DNA from: Balanoglossus misakiensis
Taxonomy: Eukaryota; Animalia; Hemichordata
Assembly: GCA_040954595.2 (NCBI GenBank)
Contig: CM082598.2
Location: forward strand, 2,480,001 to 2,544,000
Reading direction: 5' to 3'
DNA: 64,000 nt
A program made the translations under genes and the position numbers. The notes below the pieces were generated by a model. It made no database searches and had not been told where the DNA came from. It saw only the letters and a program-made list of their open reading frames with translations. This document shows, in pieces, positions 14,870 through 29,319 of the stretch. Numbering within the stretch: the stretch's first letter is position 1; each line of letters starts with the position of its first letter.

Positions 14870-16010
14870 AAACAGTGATATTACACACTCACACATTGTC
14901 TCCTTATCCTGATTGGCTAAGACATACTCACATGTAAAAGTGATATAACACAGCAGTTATTATAGCCCTCTAGTGTACATGGTATTGTCCTCCTGGGAGA
15001 CATACACTCAGCTGAACTTTATTTTGTTAATTCAACATTATTCTCAGGAGTAATTCCAAATTAACTGCACCTCGACAGTTATATGAGCTTGACACTATGG
15101 TCTGTGCAAGTTCTAATGTAATTTTGACTGCTCACTGTGATTAAAAAGCACATCAAAGTCTGGTGATATCATAAATTGTAGCCAGCCATCGGACTGGTGC
15201 TGCTTGACCAAATACTGTTGGTCATAATCCTCACCATCAGCTGTTGGGTCACCGTGCAGCTGTCAATATTCTATTACAAATATTACACCCCTGCAGTAGG
15301 CCCTTTGACAACCATATGGTACAGATCTATGTCAGCAAAGATGGCACTGTACATGCTTGTAACAGTGGCTGCTCTTAATGTCTGTCTGGCGAGAGCTGCT
15401 AGAAGTATGGCAGTAAATGGTGTTGATGAATACAGTGCAACCATGCCCCAGCACCTGTGCTGCGTTGTGAGCACAATTCTGCGACAGGGGCTGATTTCCC
15501 TATAAACACAATGTGCCCGTTTACACATTATGCGAACAGTGAAGAAAGCCTTGTGAATTAACTTACACAGATAAATCCCACTGTGCATCCCTGAAATACC
15601 AGGCATGATTAAGGCCCATGCATGCAGCCTTGAAATCTGACGGATCTTTACACAAGCCCCATAACAGAGGTCATTTCTTAGGGCCCATATGGCAGACCAT
15701 GAAAAACAACAGGGGTGGCCATTACATACATAAGCGTAAATAGCTCCATATATTGGGTTACAACTCATTGCCCCTGGCAAGCTGTTTTTTCTTGTTACCC
15801 TTGCTTCAAAACAGTCCAATTCATTTGCAACTTTAAACCCATGTTTTAAGTATGGGTAGTAAAATTCACTGACCTTGATGAAACTCTGATGGAGAGGACA
15901 AGTTTTTGGTATGCATGAAGGCCAAAATGAGTCTCAAACTTGACTGCATCGCCGAAGGACGTTTTCCGCCCCCGTGACTATTACAAAGGCGGCATATTAA
16001 CACAGCACAT
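14870..16010 (-). mobile_element. possible decayed tyrosine-recombinase (Crypton-like) transposon remnant
   Basis: Relatively GC-rich, CpG-depleted island. Minus-strand translation ARQTLRAATVTSMYSAIFADIDLYHMV resembles the HSLRAT..T.LY box of tyrosine recombinases, followed in another frame by DSCTVTQQLMV. It contains stops/frameshifts and the boundaries are approximate. Confidence 0.3.
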
Positions 16011-17285
16011 GAACTGGAAACTTAACTTTCAAGCTGAAATAGGTCTACCTCAAAAGGGCAGACGATGTGTCGTCAATCGGGGAAAAAATGAACATGATCC
16101 TTCAAAATAAACTCAAAGTGACAATGACATCTACGGTATAAAGATATGTTATGCTTAAGAAAAGTAAATTACATCGCAAAATATGATTAACCCATTTAAA
16201 AAGCATATCTACTTTCTGACCAACTGATTTTTTTAAATGGCGAAAAAACTTCCCTGCCTTCTATCTACAGCTGCGCCCTTCAACTTTTTGAATGGGTTAA
16301 CTAAACTATCAAATAATTAACAACCATGTTTAGACGATAACTTATCATGATAATTGTCTTGCTCATCAACATGTAGCCCCAAGCACTTGCAACCTTGGAA
16401 GATGTACACAAATAAACTAACAAGAACAGGCCTAATTCATGTTCTGATGGGCTAATGACGTATGTGGGCCCATGGTTAGACTTTCTCAGTGCGAGTAATT
16501 ACGTACATATTTGGCATGTTGCAAACGTCATCAACAACCTTCTGAATTTGAACGACACACGCTTGTAATGATCTATCTGCGGAACCCCAGTGCTTTTCGA
16601 CAGCTGAATCAATTCTGCACACTTGATAGATCCCAGCATGATGGCTGTTATTATCAACTTCAATTTTCTCTATCCCTGAACTAAAACAAATTTATGCAGA
16701 GAATTTCACTCCCTCAATATCACGCCCATGTAGGCCTTGTTTGATTTGTGCAGGTCATTCAACCAAAGATTATGCATGTATCTTGTATTGGTAAATAACT
16801 TTTGGAAATCCGGCAACACTTTACAGACAATATATTAAGTTTTCCCAACATTGGTACATCGGCCCCAACTGCCAATGGTACGTGGGGCCTTCATGTCCAA
16901 TGATTGTGCAATAATATGTATTTGCATATGACCTTTAATACATTGATTCAATTGCACCATCTGGTTAATTTAGCAATGCAATTAATACCGGTACACACAA
17001 TTAACAAGAAATCATCAAAGGATAAACCAAACATACATGCAGTGATTCCTGACTGTCAACAAAATTATCTCTACTTAGATGGTTCTAGATAGATGTACTC
17101 TACTTTTTACTACTACTACTGAACTATAATACTGCATTTGGGGTGGAAGTAATATGGGAAAGGTCAAAGAACTCCCGGTGACGTATTAATGCATGCTATT
17201 GAAAGTTGCCGAACGCCATAAATGAATTCACGCCGATTCACGTTACTTCCTCTCTACATCAGTTTAGGATCATCGTGACGAATAA

Positions 17286-20200
17286 ATGGCGACGTATATC
17301 CGGGGGCTATTTCTCCTCCTGCTGCCGATGGTTTCTGACATCACAAGTGAGTATGAAAAACACCAAGTGTGTTTTCACTATCTTTTTGCGGTTTCTGTTA
17401 TTTGGAAATTACTTGCTGAGCAAGGCCACGGTCCTCACTCTTGGAACCCAGCGGCCTTTGCCGGACACAGTTCCGGCGAGAGGGCAGCGTACATGACGCG
17501 TCCACTCGCCGTCTATTCAACTGGTTTACCTTGAGTTCCTCTGAAACAAATTGCTGATGGGAAAACGGCACTGCATGCAACAGTGCATTGGGATTTCAAT
17601 GCTAAATCTTTTATCTCTATAATGGCTTCCGAATGGCCGGCTTTCCAAACCAGGTTCCATGTGATATAGTACACTCTCGCATGACCTTATACTCGGCAAG
17701 GAGACTCCTCATAATTTTCCAAGTATTGCATGTGGTGTTATGCTATAATAGACTAACATAGTTACTCCAAATGAAATACTATCCCATCCTATTCACACCC
17801 CAAGCTTATTATTAGGAGTGAAATGTTTATTTTCCTATTTCATACTCTCTCAATTACGAGATACCTGCTGTCCTGAACGTTGCAATGATATGCCAACAGA
17901 ATATTATCAAACTCTGTAATTACCCAGTCTCCAAATTAGTCATTTATACTTTTTGGCTTGATTATCTACTGGTCAAAGTCCCCCATAGAAAACAGTGATC
18001 AGAAAAGAATAACCCTCTTGTCACATATATTATGTTCAAAGTAATACACCAGGAAGACAAAATAACAGTAATTCTTTTATAATAGAAGTAATTATAATCA
18101 CGAAAATGGAGTGAAATGTCAAAGTCTAGAATTTAAGTTTAAGTTAATCTAACTATACATATGTGCGTAAAAGATATTACAGGTGTAAGTCATGTTGCTT
18201 TTACATTCCTGGATGATATCAGTACGGCAATCACCCCCATCCTTTCCATCGGCATTGACAATCTTACCATTCATCTTCGGGTGAATTGAATCTTAAAGTT
18301 AACGACATCCATCGTATTTAACTTTCAGTTTCTATGTATCATGGCCAGTGGATAATCCATTACACACAGAGATGTATCCACAACCCATTCTCTCACTAGG
18401 TGTCACAGAATCCTCATGAAATTGCACATAGCTTGGATAAAGATCTGTTTCGATAGTATTCAGCATCATTAGCCTTTCTATTTCTAGACTTTGTAGAAGC
18501 ATTACTGACAGCAAATTAGTGTTGCTATTCTTGTGGCGGTCATTAGTAGTTTTCTCGTCAAAGATGCGAACAGCCTATGTGAACCATTAAATCCTTCATT
18601 TGTGATGTTGCACGCACAGTAAAAATCAGTGAGCCCATGCAAAATGTTAGCGAGAGGTCCAACTGAACTGAAATTCCTTGTATCTGGTAATTTATATTAG
18701 TTTTTGATCATTCCCATCCAGATTTTTAAGTTCATTGCAGTCAATGCCCTTTAGGCTTATCTGACATTTGCTGTCTTGACCTTTCTTAAAAGAATGCCTA
18801 TTTCACTACTAAGTATGCGAGTTGATTAGGATTTTTATCATTTCCCTATCGTTGTAAGTAATGTTCAATTTACCCTTGTCAAAATCTTATAAAACTTGGA
18901 CTTTGGGATATATTTACAAGGAAGGCATCATAAAAATCATGACATCCCATGTAAACTTTTTCTTGATCAAATTTCAAATCAAATGGAACCTGTCCATGTC
19001 ACATTAATACATACATTATATATACATACGGTACATACAAACATACACCATCTACACAAGAAACAGTGGCAAACATATTTCATTCTCTGCTTAACATCAC
19101 TGAGGTCATTCACAGTCTGATTTTATGACTACCTTTATTTTACTAGGTGCCTATGTGCCTTCTGCTGAAGATGAATTGATTGCTGAGTTGTTTGCAAGAT
19201 ACTCGAAGTCAACAAGACCTGTGCTGAACACGAACGACTCTGTGTCCGTCAATCTGTATATGGCATTAAATCAACTAATTGACGTCGTAAGTACATCACA
19301 TTCCTGATGACAGTGATTGGTTGTTTATAAATTGGTCTTTTTGTTTATCTCTGCACCTAATCCAGTTACATACAAAGATTGACTTCCTTACTTGGCTAGA
19401 AAACTGCTGCTATGGCAATTAAACAAGTCTCGATCGCGAGATCTCGCAATGAGCGGAAAACCATCTATTTGACCGAATGCATTGACCGACTATATGATTA
19501 CATGTTACATGTACCGTATGCCAATTATACATAAAGTAATAGTTACCCAGCAACTAGTTCTGACACTTCCTTACATTTTCTGTTCTTTTTGTACCACTTA
19601 TTTTACAACCCAATTACAAGCAAACCTTCACCAGACACTACTGTGATTTATTCATACGAAGATTTCCAAACAGGCATATTGCAAAATCATGAATAACAAG
19701 TGACAGCTTTTTCACAATTATCACACACAGCATGTCTATCGTCCGCTAATAGCAGGAGCTACAAGCTGTTTGTTCTATAAAAAGCTCATTTGATTAAAAT
19801 AATTGATACTCCTCTTCTAAACAACTGTATGTATTACAGGGGTGTAGACAAATGTAGTTAATTGTCAAGTCTTTGTAAGGAGCTTTGCCCGTGAGAATTT
19901 GTGCTCAGCATGCAATGTTTGGCGATTCTTAGGGGAATGTTAACCTTCAAATTTTAATGAATATAAATTTTCCGTATTATTGTGATTATATATATCCTTG
20001 CAATTCATGCAGTACAGCTGTTACATTTTGCCTGTAAAATTTTATATCTGGATATCGTTTCTCCGTCTGTCTGTCTGTCGATATTATGCATCTCTGTGTG
20101 GACTTAGTTTATTAGCATTAATAAATTTTGAAAAAATACGTTAGACTCACACAAGATCATTTATTTGATTATAACAGGATGAAAAGAACCAGATCATAAC

Positions 20201-23200
20201 AACCCGAGTCTGGGTTTATCAGGTGAGTTGAAGTAAATTCACGTTTGCAGTCGGTATAAAAAATATATCCAATTTATAACCAATAAATTGGGCATTACAA
20301 TAGATGAATAGAGACCAGGAGCTGTTCCATTTCCCCAGTTAATGTACATTGCAGTAACACCCTTTCTGAATACGTGAAACATGTGTATCATTTTGAGGGT
20401 GGAAGAGCTTGTTGATTTCATTTACACGTTTCAGCTCAATGATGTCATCGGATTGCTGGGAATATTTCGTGATTTGTACATTGAATGTTGTATTCCTTAT
20501 GGAATACTGGCTGTGTCGATCAAAGAAGGTGTTAAATAATTACTTGTTTTATCAGATGTGCAGAACAGGATAGGTTTAAAGCAATTTCTTCTGAATTACC
20601 TTTAGTTTGATGTATGAACATAAACTAAAGAATTCCCCACAAGCTTGCATACGATTGAATAAAATTGACTAGTCCAGCTTAATATAGAAGATATACAGAT
20701 GAAATGTGTATGCAGGCATTCCATTGGTATTATTTCACTCACAACAGAGACAACTTAACATGATAAATTAAATGCAAGATCTGTGTGTTTGTTTCTCCAC
20801 ATGCAATTTTATATCAGAATCATTAAAATGGGAAAATAGTTTAAATTGAAAAACAACGGTTTTAAGTTACTTGGGGGTCACACGAATAGTGTTATTTCTA
20901 AATGCCACAGACTGTTCTGTTAAGTGTTATTACATTTGATTGATGACTGTGCGATGGGGGAATTTGTGTTCGATCACAGACGGTCTGTCTCCGCTCGTTC
21001 TAGCTGTTTGAATGTGATGAGAGAAAAATACATCGTGTATGTTACGTTGATATTTGGCATCTTTTGGTATTCGACAACCAGTGTGTGGTTTTCGTAGGAA
21101 GTCTTCCTTCAGAAGTAGTATTTGGGATGACAATAGAATGTGACACAGCACAGAACAGAGCATCACAACACAACACAACACAAGTCAGTCCATCACTTCA
21201 GAACGATATGGATTTGGAAAAGTCAATATGACATGCCAATTGCACATACATTGAAGTCGGGAGCTCAAGCATGGCTTCCAAAGTAATATGGAACATGGTT
21301 CAAGATAACAGTTTTAACTTTGACGACAGTTCTCGCGGGAAATCAGAAAGAAATTGGATGTGTGTTTGTGTTCTATTGATGTTATAATCCAATAACGTTG
21401 ATGTATCTATCTCTGACATAAAAAGTGAAACGATTAAACTTTACATCGTAAAGTTATATTTCCTTCGAATTTCATGGTCATGTCAAACGATATCCAATCA
21501 GAAATTGTTACATGGCTTAAAGATAACATCCAAAGGAAACAATTAACTAACAAAGTACAGAACTTTGCAGGATATTTTCACATCTAAGCCTGTCACACTC
21601 TTTCAAAAGACACGTAGTGCTATTTTGTAGTCTAAAATTCACATACTTTTGGATCTCCCTAATATTCTGTCATTGCAATATAGTCACACTGACTGACATT
21701 TTTTGTCAATAATCTAGAATTCTCTCAAATGCAAATAAGCAATCCACATTGATGAACTTTTTGTCGGCGACTTATTTTATTAAGTCGTAATGCAGTTTTA
21801 ACGTTCACATGGGAAGAATTGAGAACTAGTATTCACATCGTGACATACCTTGTATTAAAGGGCAGCCTCTCGCGAGGATTCCCTATATTACCCTTCAAGT
21901 GGCACCTTTGATCATCCCGTTTCACGCAAGCGCGTTGGGATTTGTAAGCCAGGCGTGATCAGTGTATAAAGCCTCGAAGTATAGGTGAGCTTTGCAATGA
22001 CAGGAGACATTATAAATTGCGAACAAAGCGACGTGAAAACTGCATCGCAGGGGACGTGATATGCGACGCACATAGATTGAAGTATCGAGTGCTTGTTAGC
22101 AGGTGAATGGCATGATGCTAAGCTTCAGTGTTGGGTGTTGGAAAATCCCGGAAATGTCTTGATTTTCTAGGGCACTTTGTTTCAAGGCGCCTCGGAGCTT
22201 GTAAGCTTCTATAGCAAAAAATGACAATTACGAAAATAATTATTTTTGCCTGAAGATATGTATGAAATTTGTGCATACCAGTACAGTCTATATTATTTCG
22301 GCCTGTATACTTCAACTACATCCTATCCAATCCCCTGAATTCACAAGATGAAAATTTAGTGCGAGTATAATGCATTCTGAAAGTTATATCACAAACCATA
22401 AAGCAAACTACTTCTCGGGCGTACCATTAAACATTACATCAAGGATTGATATATTACCCCTGCCATGGTCATAAAACCTTACCTATACCATGGCATAGCC
22501 ATTAAATTTCACGAGTAAAGTTTAAAGTTGTATAAATCCATAATGCATTATATGTATAATTCTTACCAAACAAAATTCTAAAACCTGCCTTAAACGTCAT
22601 GCATTTTTATTACTGTTAATAGCTGATTTTTAACTGCAGCCGGGGCCAGTTAAAGAATTTAAATTTTGCAATAAACATAAAATACAGCAAAAAATATATT
22701 TCATTCGACTCTTCGAATTCCGTATTTTTTTTTACATTTCTGGTTTCCTCAATGACACCAACATGGTGGGTAACAAACATGCCAACCATCCATAATTGCT
22801 ATGAATATATAACAGATAAAGATTTTGCTGGCAGCAATATCAATATGACAGTTTTTGTGAAACCTAAAAGAGTCAAACAGACACTGGGACAGGAAGTCTA
22901 AAATCAATATACCAATAGACCTTTAAATTTCATACATGAATTCTATTTTTACATTATTTTATTGCCAAATTTTGCATTTCTCACTGGCTTGTTTGTTCTA
23001 TATCCCTCCCTCCCTCCTTCCCTCTCTCACGCAAAAGAAATGTGCGTAACAAAAGAATACATGTGAACATTTAATTTCAGTGCTTTTGTGTTCCAAATAG
23101 AAACTGAGAATGGTGTATATTATGTTAAAGTTTCAGCTGAATTTAATAATAATATATGCCCGAAGCCAACCACAGGGATTCTTTCAGCTTCCGATATTGC

Positions 23201-26200
23201 AGATTCCAAAAGCAATTGATCGAGAACTATTTCGCCTGGGGATGTATTGATGTGTCTAACATGCCTTCATAATTCGAAATTTCTTGCACAATGAGGGGGT
23301 TTTCACAGGCATAACTTATAAAGCCTTCATAAAGTGCTTGTAATTTCATAGATTGTGTTTCGCGTCCTTCTTTGTGGTTTCGATCGCGTGCCTTTAGAGG
23401 CATTATTAGTGCATTACAGAATGGTATTGCGTTTCTTTATGGTCGCGAGTTCCAAGTAAAAATTCTCATGACGAGGTCGATATAACACAGGTTTCCTCAT
23501 CTTGAGGCTTCCAATTTTTTTCGGGAGTTAGAGACTAATGGAAATACAAATTTATGATCACATAAAGCCATTCCATAAAATTACAGTTCACGTATTACGG
23601 ACAACATCAGGGATAAAATTGAAAAAGTCAGTTCCTGTATTGATTGAATATTGTACATCTGAAGGATGGGTTATTCCGTGACATATTAAATGTCATTATT
23701 TTCGACCTGGTTTTATTTGACCTATATAGGGTCTCTAGCAAAAATCTTGTATGAAATTTCTTTATGTTTATTCAGCCTCCCATTGCAAGTGTACAAAACT
23801 ATCATGGTATGCACATGCGCATTAGAATTTTCCCATTTCAAAATGGTGGCGTCCGTCAGTTAAGAAGACAGAAGTATTTATCATTAAAGGGACAAAGTCT
23901 CTCTCTCGCAGGCCTTTTTCCATTTATTATGTTTAATTGCAAGACACTGTTCATGTTATTCTACATGTGGAAATATAGAGAATCAACATTCAACGACACA
24001 CAACTTCCAACCCATTCGTAGGATATGAGAGTTAAAATCCCGCCAAAATGAATAAATGGTAAACACCGATTATTCATTTTTGCGAGTTTTTCACTCTCGT
24101 GTCTACACATGTGATTGAAGTTGTGTGTGGTCGAACGCTGATTCACCATATATCCGCATGTAGTGTCTTGTATCAAACATAAATAATGGAAAAGGGGCAG
24201 CCAGAGAGAGACTTTGTCCCTTTAATATTCTATAGAGTAAAACAGTCTAGCCTAGCCTAGCTGTGGGGTACGAATCAAATTAGTTATACAAGAACCTAGT
24301 CTTGGGGTTAGAATGAAATTAGAGGTGTCTCAGGACAGCTGAGTTGGATTAAAAGAATTCATCAGTCGAGCAATGATGATGTAGTGACTGTTTACTGTGA
24401 AGTATACGCACGTCTTAAGTCAACGTTAGACAGCTCAAACCAGAGTAGGTGGCATCACGCGTCCTTGGAGGGCTGTCTAAATAAAGTCACTGCTTATTGC
24501 GTCGTCATGTGACGCACTGTATGGCATCATTCTCGTTAGACCTGAGATCAACGGGTATGAGGTTACATTTTGCTAACAAATTGACTGTCTGCATTTGGGA
24601 CAGTGATCAGTTATATCTAGACCTACTGTACCTTTCAATAATACAAAATTCATTCAGAATTTTCAATTTTATTTTTTATTGATGTATAATCTAACTTTTC
24701 CTGAAATATCGCCATCTGGTGTCACGAAATGTCCAATCAGCCTCAAAATTACTGATAGAAAACAATTGATTTTAGAATTAATTTTTTGTTATGTTGTTGT
24801 TTAAAGAATATTGTGTCATCTATCATAAATGTTACATAATATGTTGGAATACCTGACAATCTATTGCAATGGAATAATTAATTGACTTCCCTCTAATGCG
24901 ACCACTTACTAGTCCGACATAAAACAACTTCCTGTCACGCGATAGTCGTCTTTTAGCATAATTGTCCTCTCTCTGTTTGTTTTTCCTTTGACAGGAATGG
25001 AACGACACGAGGTTGACATGGCAACCGAGCAATAATTTCTTGGGATTGGATTCCATTGTGGTCCCCATGGATGTGCTTTGGTGCCCGGATACGGCGCTAT
25101 TAAACAGGTTTTGGAATTATATTTGTTCAACATTAGCCTCGGCGTGCAAATTGTTCCGTGATTGTGTGGGCAGTTGTCAGTTGATTGATGCGACTTAATT
25201 TCACTGCATAAATACCAGTAGAGAAAATAACAAAATGTAAATATGGCATCTGATGGATTAAGAGTGGTATAATCAGTCGAATGACACTGATTCCACTTTT
25301 CAAATTCCTTTGTGGCACAGCTGATTAACAAAGTGATAATAACAAAATCTCTTGTATCATCTGTTATACAGTAGACTTTTAATATAATAATTTAAAATTT
25401 AATATGTTCATGTATGTTAAAATTTCTGTCTGCTTTGCTAAACTTTGTTTATAAAATCTTCAACAAAGGAATAGCATTTATTTGGTTTAAAGGGACAGGT
25501 TTGCTTATCAGACCTATTAAACACAAACAAATGACTCATAGTGAATAAACATTAATGTGAAAAGAAATGACTGTGACTAAGAAGGAGATGGTCTTCAGGC
25601 TTACTCCACTAAGATTGCGCCCTCATCAGGAGGCAGCTCTGAGAATATACTTCACATTGTCAATTGTTTGTTGCCTCTAGTCTAATTACTGCCAGAGAAG
25701 TCTGTGATGAAAAACATGGAAAACACTGAATTGTTTGTTTTTTACAGTTATAAGACAAATTAAATCCTCAAACAAATATAACAAGGTTTGTACTATGACC
25801 TTAAGTTCAAATTTTCAGACTGAATTGACCATTTTCATAACTTCACATTAAACCCTGTGACAAGTGAAATCTCACATGGCTAGGCCATCCATTCATGTGA
25901 CACAGGACAAACAACACAGCCAATCATGTTTAATGGCACAAAAGTTACAATTATTGTAAAGCTCTGCGTCTATTCAGTTCCGTTATTTTGCCAGCAACCT
26001 GTTGCTGAGGTAATTAATTAACCAAGTCTCACGAGATCTTGCAATAAGGGAAAAATCTATTACATCTACGTTCACAACTTGGCATATGGGGCAACATTTG
26101 TTTTATTCACTCTAATTGTAGCGACCTGATGTCAGTTGTTCATGGAAATAGACGACTTTGTCCCAATTCATCAAGAGTAATGCTTCGGAAGTCAGCACTT

Positions 26201-29200
26201 TAGCAGTCAAATCTCTCCAGGGAAGCTGTTGTGTGAAAGAGAAGTTTAATTGGAATTGCCTTTAAACGGACACAAATGTCTCCATTGATTAGCAAGCACA
26301 TGCATCCAATTAACCAGAAGTACAACGACCTCAACACAGTGCCAATTATTATGCATTATAGAAAAAAGCCTGTCTTAAAATCCTTTACAGTACCATGTTA
26401 ATTCTAGAACTTTCTTGGGACAGTTTCAATACACTGACCCCATTTAGCTTTGTGTTTTACACATGACAGTGTTTAGTTTGTTTAATTGAAGGAGTTTAAA
26501 AATTTTCTTGTTGTAAATGAGATACATTTATATACACTAATATTTACTTTGTTTACTTTATATGTATGGGATAACATTTTCTAAGTCTTTATTGGAAACT
26601 TAGGCTGTTGTTTTCATTTGCCTGAATTGTTACTCACACCTCGTCATTGTCTGTTTGTTAATTCATGCAGTGCGGACGACCATTTCGAAGGATTTCCCAG
26701 GATCGTCATTAATGGACTGACAGCTAATCTCTACCCTCACGGCAAGGTGCTCCAAGTCATCCCAGCCATATTGAGAACACCTTGCAATATGGACATCACG
26801 TTCTTTCCCGTCGACGTACAGACGTGCGAAATCGAGTTCGGTTTATGGATGTACGCTGACAGACAGGTCAGACTGAGGCTGCCAGACGATAACGTACCCC
26901 GTGAGAATTTCATCACCAACTCAGAATGGGATATTTCTGACGCTAGAGGGCGCACTACAGTGAAAGTGTTCTCAGCTACACCCGACAGGTATACGAGCAT
27001 AATCTTTGATCTGAAGATCAGTCGAAAACCGCTTTATTACACGGTGAACTTAATTCTACCCTGCGTGTTAGTCGCTGTTCTTACAGTTGTTGTGTTCGCC
27101 CTGCCTTCGGATTCCTCGGAGAAGGTAAACCTCAGCATATCGCTTCTCTTAACGCTCTACGTTTTCAGTATTCTGGTCGCCGAACTACTGCCCCCAACGT
27201 CGAATATGATCCCCTACCTCACGTCCTACTTGATATTCAACATGGTGTTGATCGGCATCTCGGTTGCCATGACGACCTGCGTCTCCATCCTCTGTCAGCA
27301 GTCGAGCGGGAAGAGATCGGTGCCGAAGTGGGTGAAGTTTGTGTTCTTCAAAATAATTGCAAGGGTACTTTTCCTGGATATACAATTAACAAGGAACGGT
27401 ACAAACAGCTCCACCTACACAATTGAAAATGGGGGACTCAAGGAAGAAAAGCTGGATAAATTCAAAACTGAGGTCAGTTACGTTGACGTTGATGACTTTG
27501 ACGAAACACCCACACTCAGAAAAAACATCTCATCGACAACTAGACTTATTGACTTGGCAAGGGACCCGCGAAAGCACCACCGCGAAGTCGCCTACATGAG
27601 TAGTCGACCGACTAGGATGAAAAGAAACTTTTCTGAGATCTCGTCGCAATTACGCGAGGCCAAGGAACAGCACAGACGAATGAGAACGTCAGCTGAGAAA
27701 AGAATCGAAGACAATACAGCACGCATTGTCAAATATATGGAGCTTCTACTTAAAAAGACTGTGCCAAATGAAAAGATTATACAGGTTTGTGAAATGTGTC
27801 CATGCTATTATTACTATAGTTTAACCCTTTCACCACCATGGTTTAGTCCAAACCCACAGTTTTCTATTCTGACATACATCAGATTTTATTCAATATTCCA
27901 GTATAGAGCGTCTGTTGTTTTGTGCAAGATCAACGTCTTCTTCATTCTTTGTTCCTCTCTATAAAATTGCAAAAGGAAAAAAAACAATTAGACCCAATAC
28001 ACAATATGTAATCAGAATACAAAAAAAGAAAAAAACAAAGTTCACAACAGTTCCATCAAGCTTTGGAAAACATATACAAACAAATTTAGTGAAGGGATTT
28101 AAATATGTTGATTGCAAGTTACATTCACTGCAATATAAATGTTTTTCAAATAAACAGTGCAATACAAGTACTTACGTAAAAAGCGTCTACAGCACGAAAA
28201 AAATCCATGGCTGGAATCCGGAAAAATCCATCCTTTCCAATATTCCAAGAACGGTATAAAAGTTGCAGAACATACGGTATCTTACGATAGACAGCCAGCG
28301 TCACAGCGCCACCTTTGGCTGATCTCATGAAATCTATCGCCCCGTCCCGAGGGTCGGGTTCACGTACGTAAGAACAAGGGCCCCGCTCGGGGCCTGGGCT
28401 CGCTGGAGAACTATACAAGGTGGTCAAGCGCACTTGAGTAAACATTTGGGGCCAATTTTACCAAAATTTATTTGAAGAAAAGTCTAAATGAGCCGAACAG
28501 GAGATTCAAAACAAATATAGCGTGTGCATTTGCATTTGCATTTGCATAGCGACACATATGAAATATATGCACAGCGACCCCCCCCCCCCCAGCTAATCAA
28601 CTACGGATGCAAGCATTACTATCGAGCATTTTACGGTGTACCACGGAAGATAATATAATAAACTTACCTGGCAGAGTTGCCAACAAAAAATAGTGAACCA
28701 TTTCCTTGAATTCCGACCTAAAAAACGTTTACGAATCTGACAAGAACGCGAACGCCCCACAAGGCACTAGTTCATGTTAAGCAAGCATGCTACAGTGTCA
28801 AACATTTGTCAGTGTTACTTTTTCACAAGCAAGTTCAACAAAGTTCTGTCGAATTCCAAGGACTAGAGTCAATATGATATACCAAGTTCCAATATCCCAA
28901 GGTTGAAGGACGTCCAGTCGCGCAAAAAAGGCACAATTCCATCTTCATCTTCGACTTCCTCCTTCCATGTCCTGGGGATGGCCTGGCGCTGGGGGTTGTT
29001 TCAGGTCACGCAATTAAATGGCGGCTATTGTTATGTAAATTAGCTCCCCTAGCTCTGCATGCGTCATTTAAGCTTATATCCAATCAGGTAACATGTAGGT
29101 TTGGAATTGCCAATTGGGGTAAAATAAATCCACCTAAAATAGTATTTAATGATGTTATCATTTTTTCCTTATGCATTTCTTTTTTCTGATTTGTTTCTAT

Positions 29201-29319
29201 AGATACAGACAGACTGGAAGTTGCTGGCGATGGTCATAGACCGTCTACTTTTGGTGTCATTTACACTGTGTACGCTGTTTGGTGGAGTGACAATTCTGAC
29301 AAAGATAACCACGCATTAG
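17286..29319 (+). CDS. nAChR-like Cys-loop channel subunit B (non-alpha), ~529 aa
   Basis: Exons 17286-17346 (signal peptide MATYIRGLFLLLLPMV), 19147-19286 (AEDELIAELFARYSKSTRPV..QLIDV), 20178-20222 (DEKNQIITTRVWVYQ), 24995-25107, 26671-27784 (Cys-loop CNMDITFFPVDVQTC, M1-M3) and 29203-29319 (M4, TAG). Phases are consistent; it is the closest paralog of A. Confidence 0.95.
23888..24221. mobile_element. MITE with TTAA target duplication (Kolobok-like), 334 bp, in intron 3 of gene B
   Basis: TTAA|AGGGACAAAGTCTCTCTCT ... AGAGAGAGACTTTGTCCCT|TTAA. Imperfect inverted symmetry extends well inside (ttccatttattatgttt / aaacataaataatggaa; acacacaacttc / gaagttgtgtgt). Confidence 0.85.

Noticed and set aside
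28280-28600. GC-rich patch in the last intron of gene B
   Set aside because: No ORF, RNA-gene structure or terminal repeats could be recognised; probably a repeat fragment, but unclassifiable by eye.
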